A DNA stretch of 64,000 bases, taken from a bacterium. GTDB taxonomy: Bacteria; Patescibacteriota; Minisyncoccia; UBA6257; GWB1-50-10. The DNA is taken from NCBI GenBank assembly GCA_021814545.1, contig JAKAID010000001.1, positions 107,910 to 171,909 on the forward strand, given 5' to 3'. The position numbers and the translations under genes are program-made. Positions 48,322-56,686 of this stretch are shown here, piece after piece (the stretch's first letter is position 1; every line of letters starts with the position of its first letter). Under the pieces are notes generated by a model. The model worked only from the letters and a program-made list of their open reading frames with translations. It had not been told where the DNA came from and ran no database searches.

Positions 48322-48774
48322 ATGAATCATGCAACAAAGGTGACCGCACTCCTGCTGCGTCTCACGCTTGGGACGATGTTTTTTGCAACGGGGTTCGTAA
48401 AGGTGCTTGACCCGCTCTGGTCGGCCGCCGGCTACCTGAAACACGCGCAGACCTTTGCTGCATTCTATGGCTGGCTTGGCTCCGCACAAAATGCGGGCTG
48501 GGTGAGCTCGTTGAACGCCTGGGGCCTTACTCTTATCGGCCTCTCGCTCCTTGTGGGCGCCCTTGTGCGCTGGTCATCAGTCTGCGGCGCCGCGATGATG
48601 CTCCTTTACTACTTCCCCATTCTCACCTTCCCCTACGTTGGCAGGGGCACCTTCCTTTTCGACGAGCACATCATTTTTTCGCTTGTCTTCGTACTCCTCT
48701 TTACTGTGCGCGCGGGAGAATACTTTGGCCTTGATAGCTTACTCAAAAAGACCGCGTTGAAACGCGTTGTATAA
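48322..48774 (+). CDS. DoxX/DoxD family membrane protein
   Basis: LLRLTLGTMFF.TG..K, WSAAGYL, LIGLSLLVG. Confidence 0.85.
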   Translation: MNHATKVTALLLRLTLGTMFFATGFVKVLDPLWSAAGYLKHAQTFAAFYGWLGSAQNAGWVSSLNAWGLTLIGLSLLVGALVRWSSVCGAAMMLLYYFPILTFPYVGRGTFLFDEHIIFSLVFVLLFTVRAGEYFGLDSLLKKTALKRVV

Positions 48775-48817
48775 ATAAAAACCCGCGCTTTGGACGTATC
48801 CAAAACGCGGGAATGAA

Positions 48818-49426
48818 TCAGATGTCCACCTCGACAAGGCGGTACACCGCGGCAGCCGTGTGGCTCATCCAGTCCGACTGGACCGGCGAATGCCCCATGA
48901 CCCACTTCGCGCCGTTCCACGCGAGGTAGCGCACGCACGGCGAGCCGTCCGCCATCCGGTAGAGCGTTCCCCAGAAGTAGATGAGCGGATAGCAGCCGTG
49001 CACCCGCTCTTTCCAGTTCTCCGGAATGAGCCCCTGGTTTCCGAGGAGGAAGTCGAGAACGTTCGCGTTCCAGGCGACGGTTCTTTTCATCTCCTCGAAG
49101 AGGCGGCTGCCGCTCACGAGACTTCCGCGGCGCTGCTCTTCCATCTGGAAGAGGCTTACCGCACGCGGGTCCCAAGCAAACACGCCTTCGCCGTCGTGCT
49201 TCATGAGCGTGAGGCCGCGCGGAACGAGAGGCCTTGCCCCGAGATCGATGACGGGGCCAGGCGCGCCGCGGAGCTTCTTGCGCACGACCTTCAGCAACAC
49301 CTCGAGCACCTGCGGATTGTCCGCAAGAATGTCGAGCTCTTCGGGGGTGAAGCCGACCGCCTCGGCAGCGAGGCACAGCTTGTGCGCTACGCCAAGCACG
49401 TAGAACTGCGAGCTTTTGCTTGCCAT
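48818..49426 (-). CDS. Hypothetical protein, paralog A (Trp-rich C-terminus)
   Basis: NANVLDFLLGNQ..IPE, FWGTLY, VRYL.W; own promoter, SD and terminator. Confidence 0.8.
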   Translation of the reverse strand: MASKSSQFYVLGVAHKLCLAAEAVGFTPEELDILADNPQVLEVLLKVVRKKLRGAPGPVIDLGARPLVPRGLTLMKHDGEGVFAWDPRAVSLFQMEEQRRGSLVSGSRLFEEMKRTVAWNANVLDFLLGNQGLIPENWKERVHGCYPLIYFWGTLYRMADGSPCVRYLAWNGAKWVMGHSPVQSDWMSHTAAAVYRLVEVDI

Positions 49427-49602
49427 GCCCTGCTCCTTTCCTTCAATGTGAATGTCCGCATTGCGGACATGTGAAATATCTGGCTTTACCGTACCACCAT
49501 TTTGTTAGGTTGTCCAGAGCAATAAAATTGCCAATAAAATCCCGTAGTAGAGCGAACTCACTACGGGATAAAAAGCCCGCGCTGATACGCGCGGGCATGT
49601 TG

Positions 49603-50190
49603 CTACTTGTCGATGCTCATGATGCGGATGGCGGCATAGAACTCGCTCATCCACACCTCGTCGATGCACCGGTAGAAGGAATCCCACCGATTGCCGCTCC
49701 AGAAGAGGTAGCGCACCACGATGCGGTTGCTCGCCGTCTTGTAGAGCGTGCCCCAGAAGCAGAGGCCGAGCATCGCACCGCGCGGACCCGCCTTCAGCGA
49801 CTCCGGGATGAACCGCTGGTTTCCGAGAAGGAAGTCGAGAACGTTCGCGTTCAAGAGCACGTGCGTCCGCAGCTCCGCGAACACCTCGCGCCCCGTCACG
49901 GTGACGCCCCGCTCCTGCCCCTCCGTGAGAAGGGGCGCTATTGCGTCCTTCCCCCAGTGGAACATGCCGCCGGGCTCGTGCTTCACGACCGCGAGCTTGC
50001 CGGGGGCAGCCGGAGCCCTGGTGCAGTCCACGATGCGCCTCTTCTCCTCCTCGGGGTTGCCCTCGAGAGCGAACTTCACGCTCTCCCTGAGCTTCCTCGC
50101 GGCAGCCTCGGCCGTCTCGCCGACGTTCTTTCTGAACGCGCCGAGCGCCCTGTCGAGCGCAAGGTCCACTTCCTTCGCGACTTCACTCAT
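49603..50190 (-). CDS. Hypothetical protein, paralog B (Trp-rich C-terminus)
   Basis: Same motifs as paralog A; TTGACA-17-TAAATT promoter. Confidence 0.8.
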   Translation of the reverse strand: MSEVAKEVDLALDRALGAFRKNVGETAEAAARKLRESVKFALEGNPEEEKRRIVDCTRAPAAPGKLAVVKHEPGGMFHWGKDAIAPLLTEGQERGVTVTGREVFAELRTHVLLNANVLDFLLGNQRFIPESLKAGPRGAMLGLCFWGTLYKTASNRIVVRYLFWSGNRWDSFYRCIDEVWMSEFYAAIRIMSIDK

Positions 50191-50264
50191 TTTCTTCCTG
50201 CCTTTCTTGGCTTGAGGAACTGCTCTTAATTTAACACTTTATAAGGCTGGTGTCAATTTATCCG

Positions 50265-50681
50265 CTATCGCTGCGGCGGCACCGCCGGCCTCAACTGAAT
50301 GGCCTGCGCAGTAATACTCCCGTCAGCATTCGCGGTACCTCCTACGGTCACCTGCTTCCCCGCTGCAAGGTCATCAGCGGTGCCGTCAACGGACTTTGAA
50401 ACTTTCGTTGAGGCGGAGAAAAATACGAAACGCGTGCTTCCGTCCTGCATCTTCACGGTAATACTCTTATCGTCTTTGCTCTGTATCTCACCTGTAACGA
50501 ATCCGCCGCTCATGAAATTCCCACCTCTCCGCCCCGCGCCGCCCATGCGTTGGCCGTTCCTATCAAAAACGTTTCCGCTCACGGATGAACTGCCATACTG
50601 CATACCACCCCAAAAGAGCGCCACACCCACGACCACCGCACCCGCCGCATACATCGCAACCGTTTTGTTCAATTTTTTCAT
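50265..50681 (-). CDS. Anchored protein with Gly-rich linker and small beta domain (DUF5666-like)
   Basis: TM, GGAGRRGG, VTGEI...DLAAGKQVTVGG..NADGSITA. Confidence 0.7.
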   Translation of the reverse strand: MKKLNKTVAMYAAGAVVVGVALFWGGMQYGSSSVSGNVFDRNGQRMGGAGRRGGNFMSGGFVTGEIQSKDDKSITVKMQDGSTRFVFFSASTKVSKSVDGTADDLAAGKQVTVGGTANADGSITAQAIQLRPAVPPQR

Positions 50682-50690
50682 ATATTTTGG

Positions 50691-51914
50691 TTATTCGTAT
50701 CGTAGTGCCTCTATCGGATTCAAACCCGCCGCGCGCCGCGCGGGATAATATCCGAACACGATGCCAATGCCCGCCGACACGCCGAACGCGAGCAGGACCG
50801 ACGACCAAGAAATGCTTGTGGCAATTCCCGCAAATGCGGTAACCGCCCACGCAATGGCCCACCCGAGGAGCACTCCGATCACGCCGCCCGTGAACGTGAG
50901 CATCACTGACTCGGCAAGGAATTGCGTACTAATGTCCCTGCGTTTTGCCCCTATCGCCTTGCGCAACCCTATCTCGCGCGTGCGCTCCGTAACGGTCGTG
51001 AGCATCATATTCATGATGCCGATACCGCCCACAAGGAGTGAAATACCCGCGATGGCGCCGAGCAGCATCGTAAACACTCCCGTGATAGAGGAGGCGGTCG
51101 CCACCACATCGGATTGGTTCAAAATATTAAAGTCTGCCTGGCTCGGGTCCGTTATCTTGTGACGTGCAAGAAGGAGGTCGCGCACCTGCTGCTGAATAAT
51201 GGCCATCGACTGCGTATCCTGCGCCGCAATACTTATCGCCGTTACGTACGTGTCGCCCGCAAGATAGCGCTGCGCGGTGGAGAGCGGTACGAATACCATG
51301 TCGTCCTGGCTTCCGAAACCGCTCGTGCCCTTCGCCGCCGTAATGCCGATAACCTTAAACTCTACCTTGTTGATTTTGATGGTCTCACCTACCGCATCCG
51401 CGTCCGCACCAAAGAGGTCATCGCGTGCGGTGGGGCCGAGCACCGCCACGCGCGCCATGCTGCGCACCTGGGAATCTGAAATGAAGGAACCGTTCGCGAT
51501 TTCAATGTTCCTTACGTCGGGGTATGCCGGCACGGTGCCGACAACCTGCGTGTTCGTATTCGTTCCTTTCGCCGTGATTTGATACCGCCGCGATATCTCC
51601 GGTGCCACGCCTTTTGCGAGTGAAACTTCTTTCGTGATGGCGTCCGCATCCTCCTGCTTCAGCGATTGCGCGGTGCCGCGCCCCTGGCTTACCTGCACGC
51701 CGGGACCGCGCTGCGCCCCCGGCGAAACAATGAGCAGGTTAGAGCCGATGGATTTAATGTTCGCCTCGATAGTACTCTGCGCACCCTGGCCTATCGAGAC
51801 CATGGCAATGACCGAGCCGATGCCGATAACAATGCCGAGCATGGTGAGCCCCGTGCGCACCTTGTTCACCGTAAGCGATGAATATGTTTCTTCCGCGATA
51901 TCAAGAATGGTCAT
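50691..51914 (-). CDS. MacB/YknZ-like ABC permease
   Basis: LTMLGIVIGIGSV, GGIGIMNMML..VTERTREIGLRKAIGA, PIEALRYE. Confidence 0.94.
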   Translation of the reverse strand: MTILDIAEETYSSLTVNKVRTGLTMLGIVIGIGSVIAMVSIGQGAQSTIEANIKSIGSNLLIVSPGAQRGPGVQVSQGRGTAQSLKQEDADAITKEVSLAKGVAPEISRRYQITAKGTNTNTQVVGTVPAYPDVRNIEIANGSFISDSQVRSMARVAVLGPTARDDLFGADADAVGETIKINKVEFKVIGITAAKGTSGFGSQDDMVFVPLSTAQRYLAGDTYVTAISIAAQDTQSMAIIQQQVRDLLLARHKITDPSQADFNILNQSDVVATASSITGVFTMLLGAIAGISLLVGGIGIMNMMLTTVTERTREIGLRKAIGAKRRDISTQFLAESVMLTFTGGVIGVLLGWAIAWAVTAFAGIATSISWSSVLLAFGVSAGIGIVFGYYPARRAAGLNPIEALRYE

Positions 51915-52627
51915 TCGTGTGCGTGATGATTTGCGGAACGCCTGTGGTGATTCTTGCCGTCCTCTACGATATATCCGTCTTTAATATGAATAATGCGGTC
52001 AGCGTGCTCGGCGACGTATTGTTCGTGCGTAATGAGCACGATGGTGTGCGCGTGGTTTTCATTAAGCTTCTCGAATGTGCCGAGTACTATCTCGCCCGTT
52101 CGCGTATCCAAATTCCCCGTAGGCTCATCCGCGAGCACGATACGGGGATTATTTACGAGCGACCGCGCGATGGCCACGCGCTGCATCTGCCCCCCCGAGA
52201 GCTGATTCGAGAGATGATTCCAGCGGCTCTCCTCAAGCCCAGATGCCGCGAGTGCGCGCCCCGCGCGCGCCCCGCGCTCTGCTTTCGGCACGCCCGCATA
52301 GAGGAGCGGCAGCATGACGTTGCGCAACACGGTCGCACGCGGGAGCAGGTTGAACGCCTGGAAAACAAAACCGATCTTTCCCTCGCGCACCCCGGCAAGT
52401 TCGTCGTCCGAAAGTTTCGACACGTCGCGCCCATCGAGCTTGTACGTGCCCGAGGTCGGGCTGTCGAGCGCGCCCAAAATATGCATCAGGGTAGATTTTC
52501 CGGAACCGGAGGGGCCCATAATAGCAACGTATTCACCGTCCTCGATGGTGAACGAAACTCCTTTCAATACCTCCGTTGCTACCCCTCCGTTCGTATAGGT
52601 CTTCGTAATATTCTTGCACTCGATCAT
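51911..52627 (-). CDS. MacB/YknY-like ABC ATPase
   Basis: [26 protein letters not shown]. Confidence 0.94.
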   Translation of the reverse strand: MIECKNITKTYTNGGVATEVLKGVSFTIEDGEYVAIMGPSGSGKSTLMHILGALDSPTSGTYKLDGRDVSKLSDDELAGVREGKIGFVFQAFNLLPRATVLRNVMLPLLYAGVPKAERGARAGRALAASGLEESRWNHLSNQLSGGQMQRVAIARSLVNNPRIVLADEPTGNLDTRTGEIVLGTFEKLNENHAHTIVLITHEQYVAEHADRIIHIKDGYIVEDGKNHHRRSANHHAHE

Positions 52628-52634
52628 ATGCGCA

Positions 52635-54251
52635 TTACCGACCCACCCCGCCCAGTCCGGGCAATCGCAACCCGCCACCCTGGGATTGCGAGGTGGAGTT
52701 CGTGGTCGCAATGACGCTCCGCACTACCACCACGTCGCCCTCGTTCAGCCCTTTGGTTATTTCGGTCATGGTGTCGTTCGATGCACCCACCTCGACCGGC
52801 CGCCGCTCGGTTGCCACGGTGCCGCTCATTACCCCTGTCGAAGTGCCCGCGCTTGGCGCTCCGCCGCTCACTATTTCAACGTAGCGTTCGTTCCCCTGCG
52901 TTTTGACGGCCGCGCTCGGCACCAAGACCACGTCCTGGCGCACATCGGTGATGATAGACGCGGATACGCTCATGCCGGGGCGCACGCGTGCATCGTCACC
53001 CTGAAACCCTATCTTCACGTTATAAGTAACTACGCCCTGCGTGACCGTGCCAATGGTGTCTATCTCGATAACTTTTCCGGTGAGGCTCAACCCGTCAATG
53101 GCCTCGAACGTGAGTGTCGCTTTTTGGCCCAGCGCCACCCTTGAAACATCAACCTCGTTCAATGAAACACTCGCGTATCTGCTCGGCGAGATGATAGTGG
53201 CGAATATGGCCGAGGGTGAAACAGTGTCGCCCACTTTCGGAGAAATGCTCGCGATAGTTCCGGAGAATGGCGCACGAATGACATAATTCGCGATAGCCTC
53301 GTTCGCGTCCGCAAGCGCATTTTCGCGCTGTCTTACCGCAAGCTCCTGCGATGCGATGTTGTAGGGTGCGTTCGTGATGGAGGCGATATCAGAAGCAAGC
53401 GATGCGATGTGCGGATTCACCGCTGCGGTGTAGTTCGAAAGGTCTGATTTATGCTTCGTGACCAGTGCGGCGTATGGCGACGGTATAGTACGGCCGCGCT
53501 GCGTGTAATAATCATTCACATAGTCGATAATGTTCGTCGTATTTTTAATAGCATCCGCGGTTTTTGTCGCCACATCCACCGTCTCATTCGCAAAGGCGAT
53601 TATCACGTCCTGTGCGTCGGTGCGGCTCAAGGTGTGGTATTGTGCGAACGCAGCATCGTACGCGCTCCTCGCGCTCTGATAGCTTGCCTCGGCGCTGTTC
53701 ACCAGGACCGTAATGCCATCTCTGTCCTGCGGGTCGATAAGATTCAGATACGACACGATGACCTTGTCGTGGAGCGCGTCATTCAACCCCGTCATTACCG
53801 TGGGAAGATCGAGGAACGTGTTCGAGAGCTCGTTGTAGGTATTAGAAACTAACGTATCAACATTCGCCCCTGACTCTTTGAGGATGGTGAGCTGCAACTT
53901 TGCCGATTCCACATTCACTGCCGCATCACGTATTGCCTTCCCCGCATCTTCGGTATCAAGCCTACCCAATATTTGCCCCGCCGCTACCCGCTGCCCATTC
54001 AAGACGGGAATGGCAATAATGCGGCCAGAAGCCTCCGGCTTCACGTCGATTTGGTTGAGGGCTGAAACCTGCCCCGAGCCGGATACCGAAACTACAAGCG
54101 TTCCTTTCTCTGCGACCGCAGTAACGTATTGGGCAGAGGCGGTGCTCTTCGTATACTTCGAGTATCCGTAATAGCCTCCGCCTGCGATTGCCAAAAGTGC
54201 GATGGCCGCGGCGACTTTATGCGCGCCGACCCAGTTCAAAAATGGTTTCAT
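52635..54251 (-). CDS. Efflux periplasmic adaptor (MacA/YknX-like)
   Basis: TM, VSGSGQV, long coiled coil, IRAPFSG, VRPGMS, TEITKGLNEGD. Confidence 0.9.
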   Translation of the reverse strand: MKPFLNWVGAHKVAAAIALLAIAGGGYYGYSKYTKSTASAQYVTAVAEKGTLVVSVSGSGQVSALNQIDVKPEASGRIIAIPVLNGQRVAAGQILGRLDTEDAGKAIRDAAVNVESAKLQLTILKESGANVDTLVSNTYNELSNTFLDLPTVMTGLNDALHDKVIVSYLNLIDPQDRDGITVLVNSAEASYQSARSAYDAAFAQYHTLSRTDAQDVIIAFANETVDVATKTADAIKNTTNIIDYVNDYYTQRGRTIPSPYAALVTKHKSDLSNYTAAVNPHIASLASDIASITNAPYNIASQELAVRQRENALADANEAIANYVIRAPFSGTIASISPKVGDTVSPSAIFATIISPSRYASVSLNEVDVSRVALGQKATLTFEAIDGLSLTGKVIEIDTIGTVTQGVVTYNVKIGFQGDDARVRPGMSVSASIITDVRQDVVLVPSAAVKTQGNERYVEIVSGGAPSAGTSTGVMSGTVATERRPVEVGASNDTMTEITKGLNEGDVVVVRSVIATTNSTSQSQGGGLRLPGLGGVGR

Positions 54252-54276
54252 GCGTGTTCGTAATGCAGACCGTTCC

Positions 54277-54780
54277 CTATTGCGCGAACGACGGATACCC
54301 TTGCATCATGCTCGGGAGCACCCGAATAAGCCGCGCCTCAATAACGCCGCTCGCGTCCGGCGAGCCGATTACCATCACTGACATTCCCGCCACAAGCTCT
54401 CCCGCAGACAACGAGCTGTGCATATAGCGAATTGCGGTCGAGCTCGTGACTTCTACTATTTTTTCCGCGCCATCGCGGTCCTGCACCACGAACGTAGGCA
54501 TTGCCACTCTCAATACCGGACCCGCAACTCCGTGCCCCGCAAGAAAATCCTGTGTGGGAAGAAAACCGCCCATCATGCCGCCGCCGTTCATCATACCGCC
54601 GCCGAAACGAGGGCCCATGTACGTGCGATACACGTTCTCACCCCAGCGATACGAATAGCCCGCCTTGCTATACCCCACGAACTCGCCCGCCTTGAACGCG
54701 ATGAGTAACACCACCACCGCACCCGCTATCCAGAGAACCGCTTTCCACGCCGATGATTCCAATACTTGTTTTATTGTCAT
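54277..54780 (-). CDS. Anchored protein with Gly/Met-rich linker and small beta domain
   Basis: TM, GGGMMNGGGMMGG, GMSVMVIGSPDASGVIEARLIRV. Confidence 0.7.
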   Translation of the reverse strand: MTIKQVLESSAWKAVLWIAGAVVVLLIAFKAGEFVGYSKAGYSYRWGENVYRTYMGPRFGGGMMNGGGMMGGFLPTQDFLAGHGVAGPVLRVAMPTFVVQDRDGAEKIVEVTSSTAIRYMHSSLSAGELVAGMSVMVIGSPDASGVIEARLIRVLPSMMQGYPSFAQ

Positions 54781-54791
54781 AATTATTATTT

Positions 54792-55208
54792 TTATAGTGC
54801 AAACGACGACCTACGCGACAGCGCCCGAATATCGCGCGCAAGGTACCGCGTTGAAAGCATGAGCACGAATATGCTCGCCGCGACACCCGCAACCCCGAAT
54901 ACGGGCAGCGCCTCTGCAAGAGAGATAAGGAAGTCCTGCCAATAGACCGCGACAATACCCGCGTCGCTTATGAGGAGCGATAAGAACTGCACAAAGCCCG
55001 ACTGCGTAAATTCTGCGTACAGCTCCCGCAACGCAGGGACCAGCGCGACAAGCGAGAGCAACGCCGCTGTGCCCAACACGCCAATGCGCGCGTAGATAAC
55101 CCCCCGGCGCTCCTCAACCTTCACCTGTGCCAATATGCGTGCAAAAAGCTCGCGGGAAGGTTCTTTTCTCGCGATGCGCTGCAATGCGTTATTGAGGTCA
55201 TTCTGCAT
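54792..55208 (-). CDS. Putative membrane anti-sigma factor
   Basis: Directly downstream of the ECF sigma; EPSRELFARILAQV then TM helices. Confidence 0.55.
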   Translation of the reverse strand: MQNDLNNALQRIARKEPSRELFARILAQVKVEERRGVIYARIGVLGTAALLSLVALVPALRELYAEFTQSGFVQFLSLLISDAGIVAVYWQDFLISLAEALPVFGVAGVAASIFVLMLSTRYLARDIRALSRRSSFAL

Positions 55209-55255
55209 AGGCTCCTACTATTACTACAATCGCCTATGGCGTTTTGGTGCATCTC

Positions 55256-55816
55256 TTATTTACGGAGCTTTCCCCGTAGGGCGATGAGCGCCCGCCGGTA
55301 CCTGCTTTTTACCGTATCCAGGGACACCTCGCTCATTTCCGCTATCTCGCGAAAAGAGAGCTCTTCGGTGTGGTGGAGCACAATAACCGCCTGCTGCTCG
55401 GGCGGCAGCTCCCGCATCGCTTCCTCTACCCGCGCCACAAGGTCCCGTTCCTCAAAAACCTCCTCAAGGAGCGGCGCTTCATCGGGAATCGTTTCTTCAA
55501 AATCTGCACCGCCTCCCTCGCGCGCGATATCGCCAAAGAGCACGGGCTTCTTCTTTTTCAACCAATTGAGCGAAGCATTCTTGGCAATAGAAAAGAGCCA
55601 CGGCTTGAACGCGCGGCTGCGGTCGAATGCGCGTAGCCCTTTCCACGCATTCATGAACGCGTCTTGAGTGATATCTTCAGCATCCCCCTCGTTCCTTGCG
55701 TAGAGATACACGAAGTTATAGACCGCCTTCATGTAGCGCGCCACAAGCTCCCCGAATGCGCGTGTGTCGCCCTCGAGGTGCCGCGCAACCAATTCATTGT
55801 CAGAAATACCGCTCAT
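55256..55816 (-). CDS. ECF RNA polymerase sigma factor
   Basis: DAEDITQDAF, FKPWLFSIAKN, LSFREIAE...DTVKSRYRRA. Confidence 0.93.
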   Translation of the reverse strand: MSGISDNELVARHLEGDTRAFGELVARYMKAVYNFVYLYARNEGDAEDITQDAFMNAWKGLRAFDRSRAFKPWLFSIAKNASLNWLKKKKPVLFGDIAREGGGADFEETIPDEAPLLEEVFEERDLVARVEEAMRELPPEQQAVIVLHHTEELSFREIAEMSEVSLDTVKSRYRRALIALRGKLRK

Positions 55817-55883
55817 GCACGTTTATGATACTCTTCCGGCCTGCTTTGTTAAATTTGCGCGGTTGCTCTACACTAAATACGTT

Positions 55884-56264
55884 ATGGAACACACGCACGA
55901 ATCGACTCCGCGGCACATTGCCCACAGCTTCCGCGATGCGTTTGCCGGCCTTTTCACCGTATGGAGCGAGGAGCGCAATTTCCGCGTTCAGGTTGTGGCG
56001 GCGGTTCTCGTCGGCATCGCTATGTTCTCCCTTGGGTTCGACTATCTTGAAACTGCTATCGTTATCTTCGCGATTGTCTTGGTACTCACCACCGAGGTCG
56101 TGAATACCGCGTTCGAGGATGCAATGAATAAGATAGAACCCCACCACGACCCGCTCGTGGGGCGCATTAAAGACATTGCCGCGGGCGCGGTCATTTTGAG
56201 CGTTATTGGCGCTGTAGTGATAGGAATCCTCGTGTTCGGGCACCACTTCTTCCTCTTCCGCTAA
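55884..56264 (+). CDS. dgkA: DgkA-family diacylglycerol/undecaprenol kinase
   Basis: EERNFRV, EVVNTAFE, IKDIAAGAV. Confidence 0.9.
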   Translation: MEHTHESTPRHIAHSFRDAFAGLFTVWSEERNFRVQVVAAVLVGIAMFSLGFDYLETAIVIFAIVLVLTTEVVNTAFEDAMNKIEPHHDPLVGRIKDIAAGAVILSVIGAVVIGILVFGHHFFLFR

Positions 56265-56270
56265 CGGGGC

Positions 56271-56660
56271 TTATTTCATTTTACTGATTACCCCCTGCAC
56301 CACCTCTCCTACTCTGAAATCCGCCTTTACAATGTAATCCACTGCGCCAAGCTTCTTCCCCGTGGCGATATCTTTGTCTTGGCTTAAGTTGCTCACGATA
56401 ATGACGGGAACATCTTTCCACCCCTCGAGCTTCTTCATCTCTTGGAGGAGCTCGAACCCGCTCGTCCCGGGAAGCATGAGGTCAAGGAGCACTGCGTTCG
56501 TGGGTTTTTTTGAAAATTGTTTCCGCGCCTCGTCCGCATCGGCTGCCATTACTACTTCCACGCCTTCATTCTCGAAGCGTATCTCATATGCCTTCATGAG
56601 AAACACATCATCCTCGATGATAAGCACTCTTTTTGAATTCTTCCCTTTTGCTGCCATCAT
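56271..56660 (-). CDS. Single-domain response regulator
   Basis: LIIEDD, LLDLMLP, IVSNL, GAVDYIVK; no output domain. Confidence 0.92.
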   Translation of the reverse strand: MMAAKGKNSKRVLIIEDDVFLMKAYEIRFENEGVEVVMAADADEARKQFSKKPTNAVLLDLMLPGTSGFELLQEMKKLEGWKDVPVIIVSNLSQDKDIATGKKLGAVDYIVKADFRVGEVVQGVISKMK

Positions 56661-56686
56661 TGGTTTATTATAGCACCATACGACCG

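Noticed and set aside
48818-50190. The two paralog 3' ends as a DGR VR/TR pair
   Set aside because: Their differences are extensive and not confined to adenines, and both are coding
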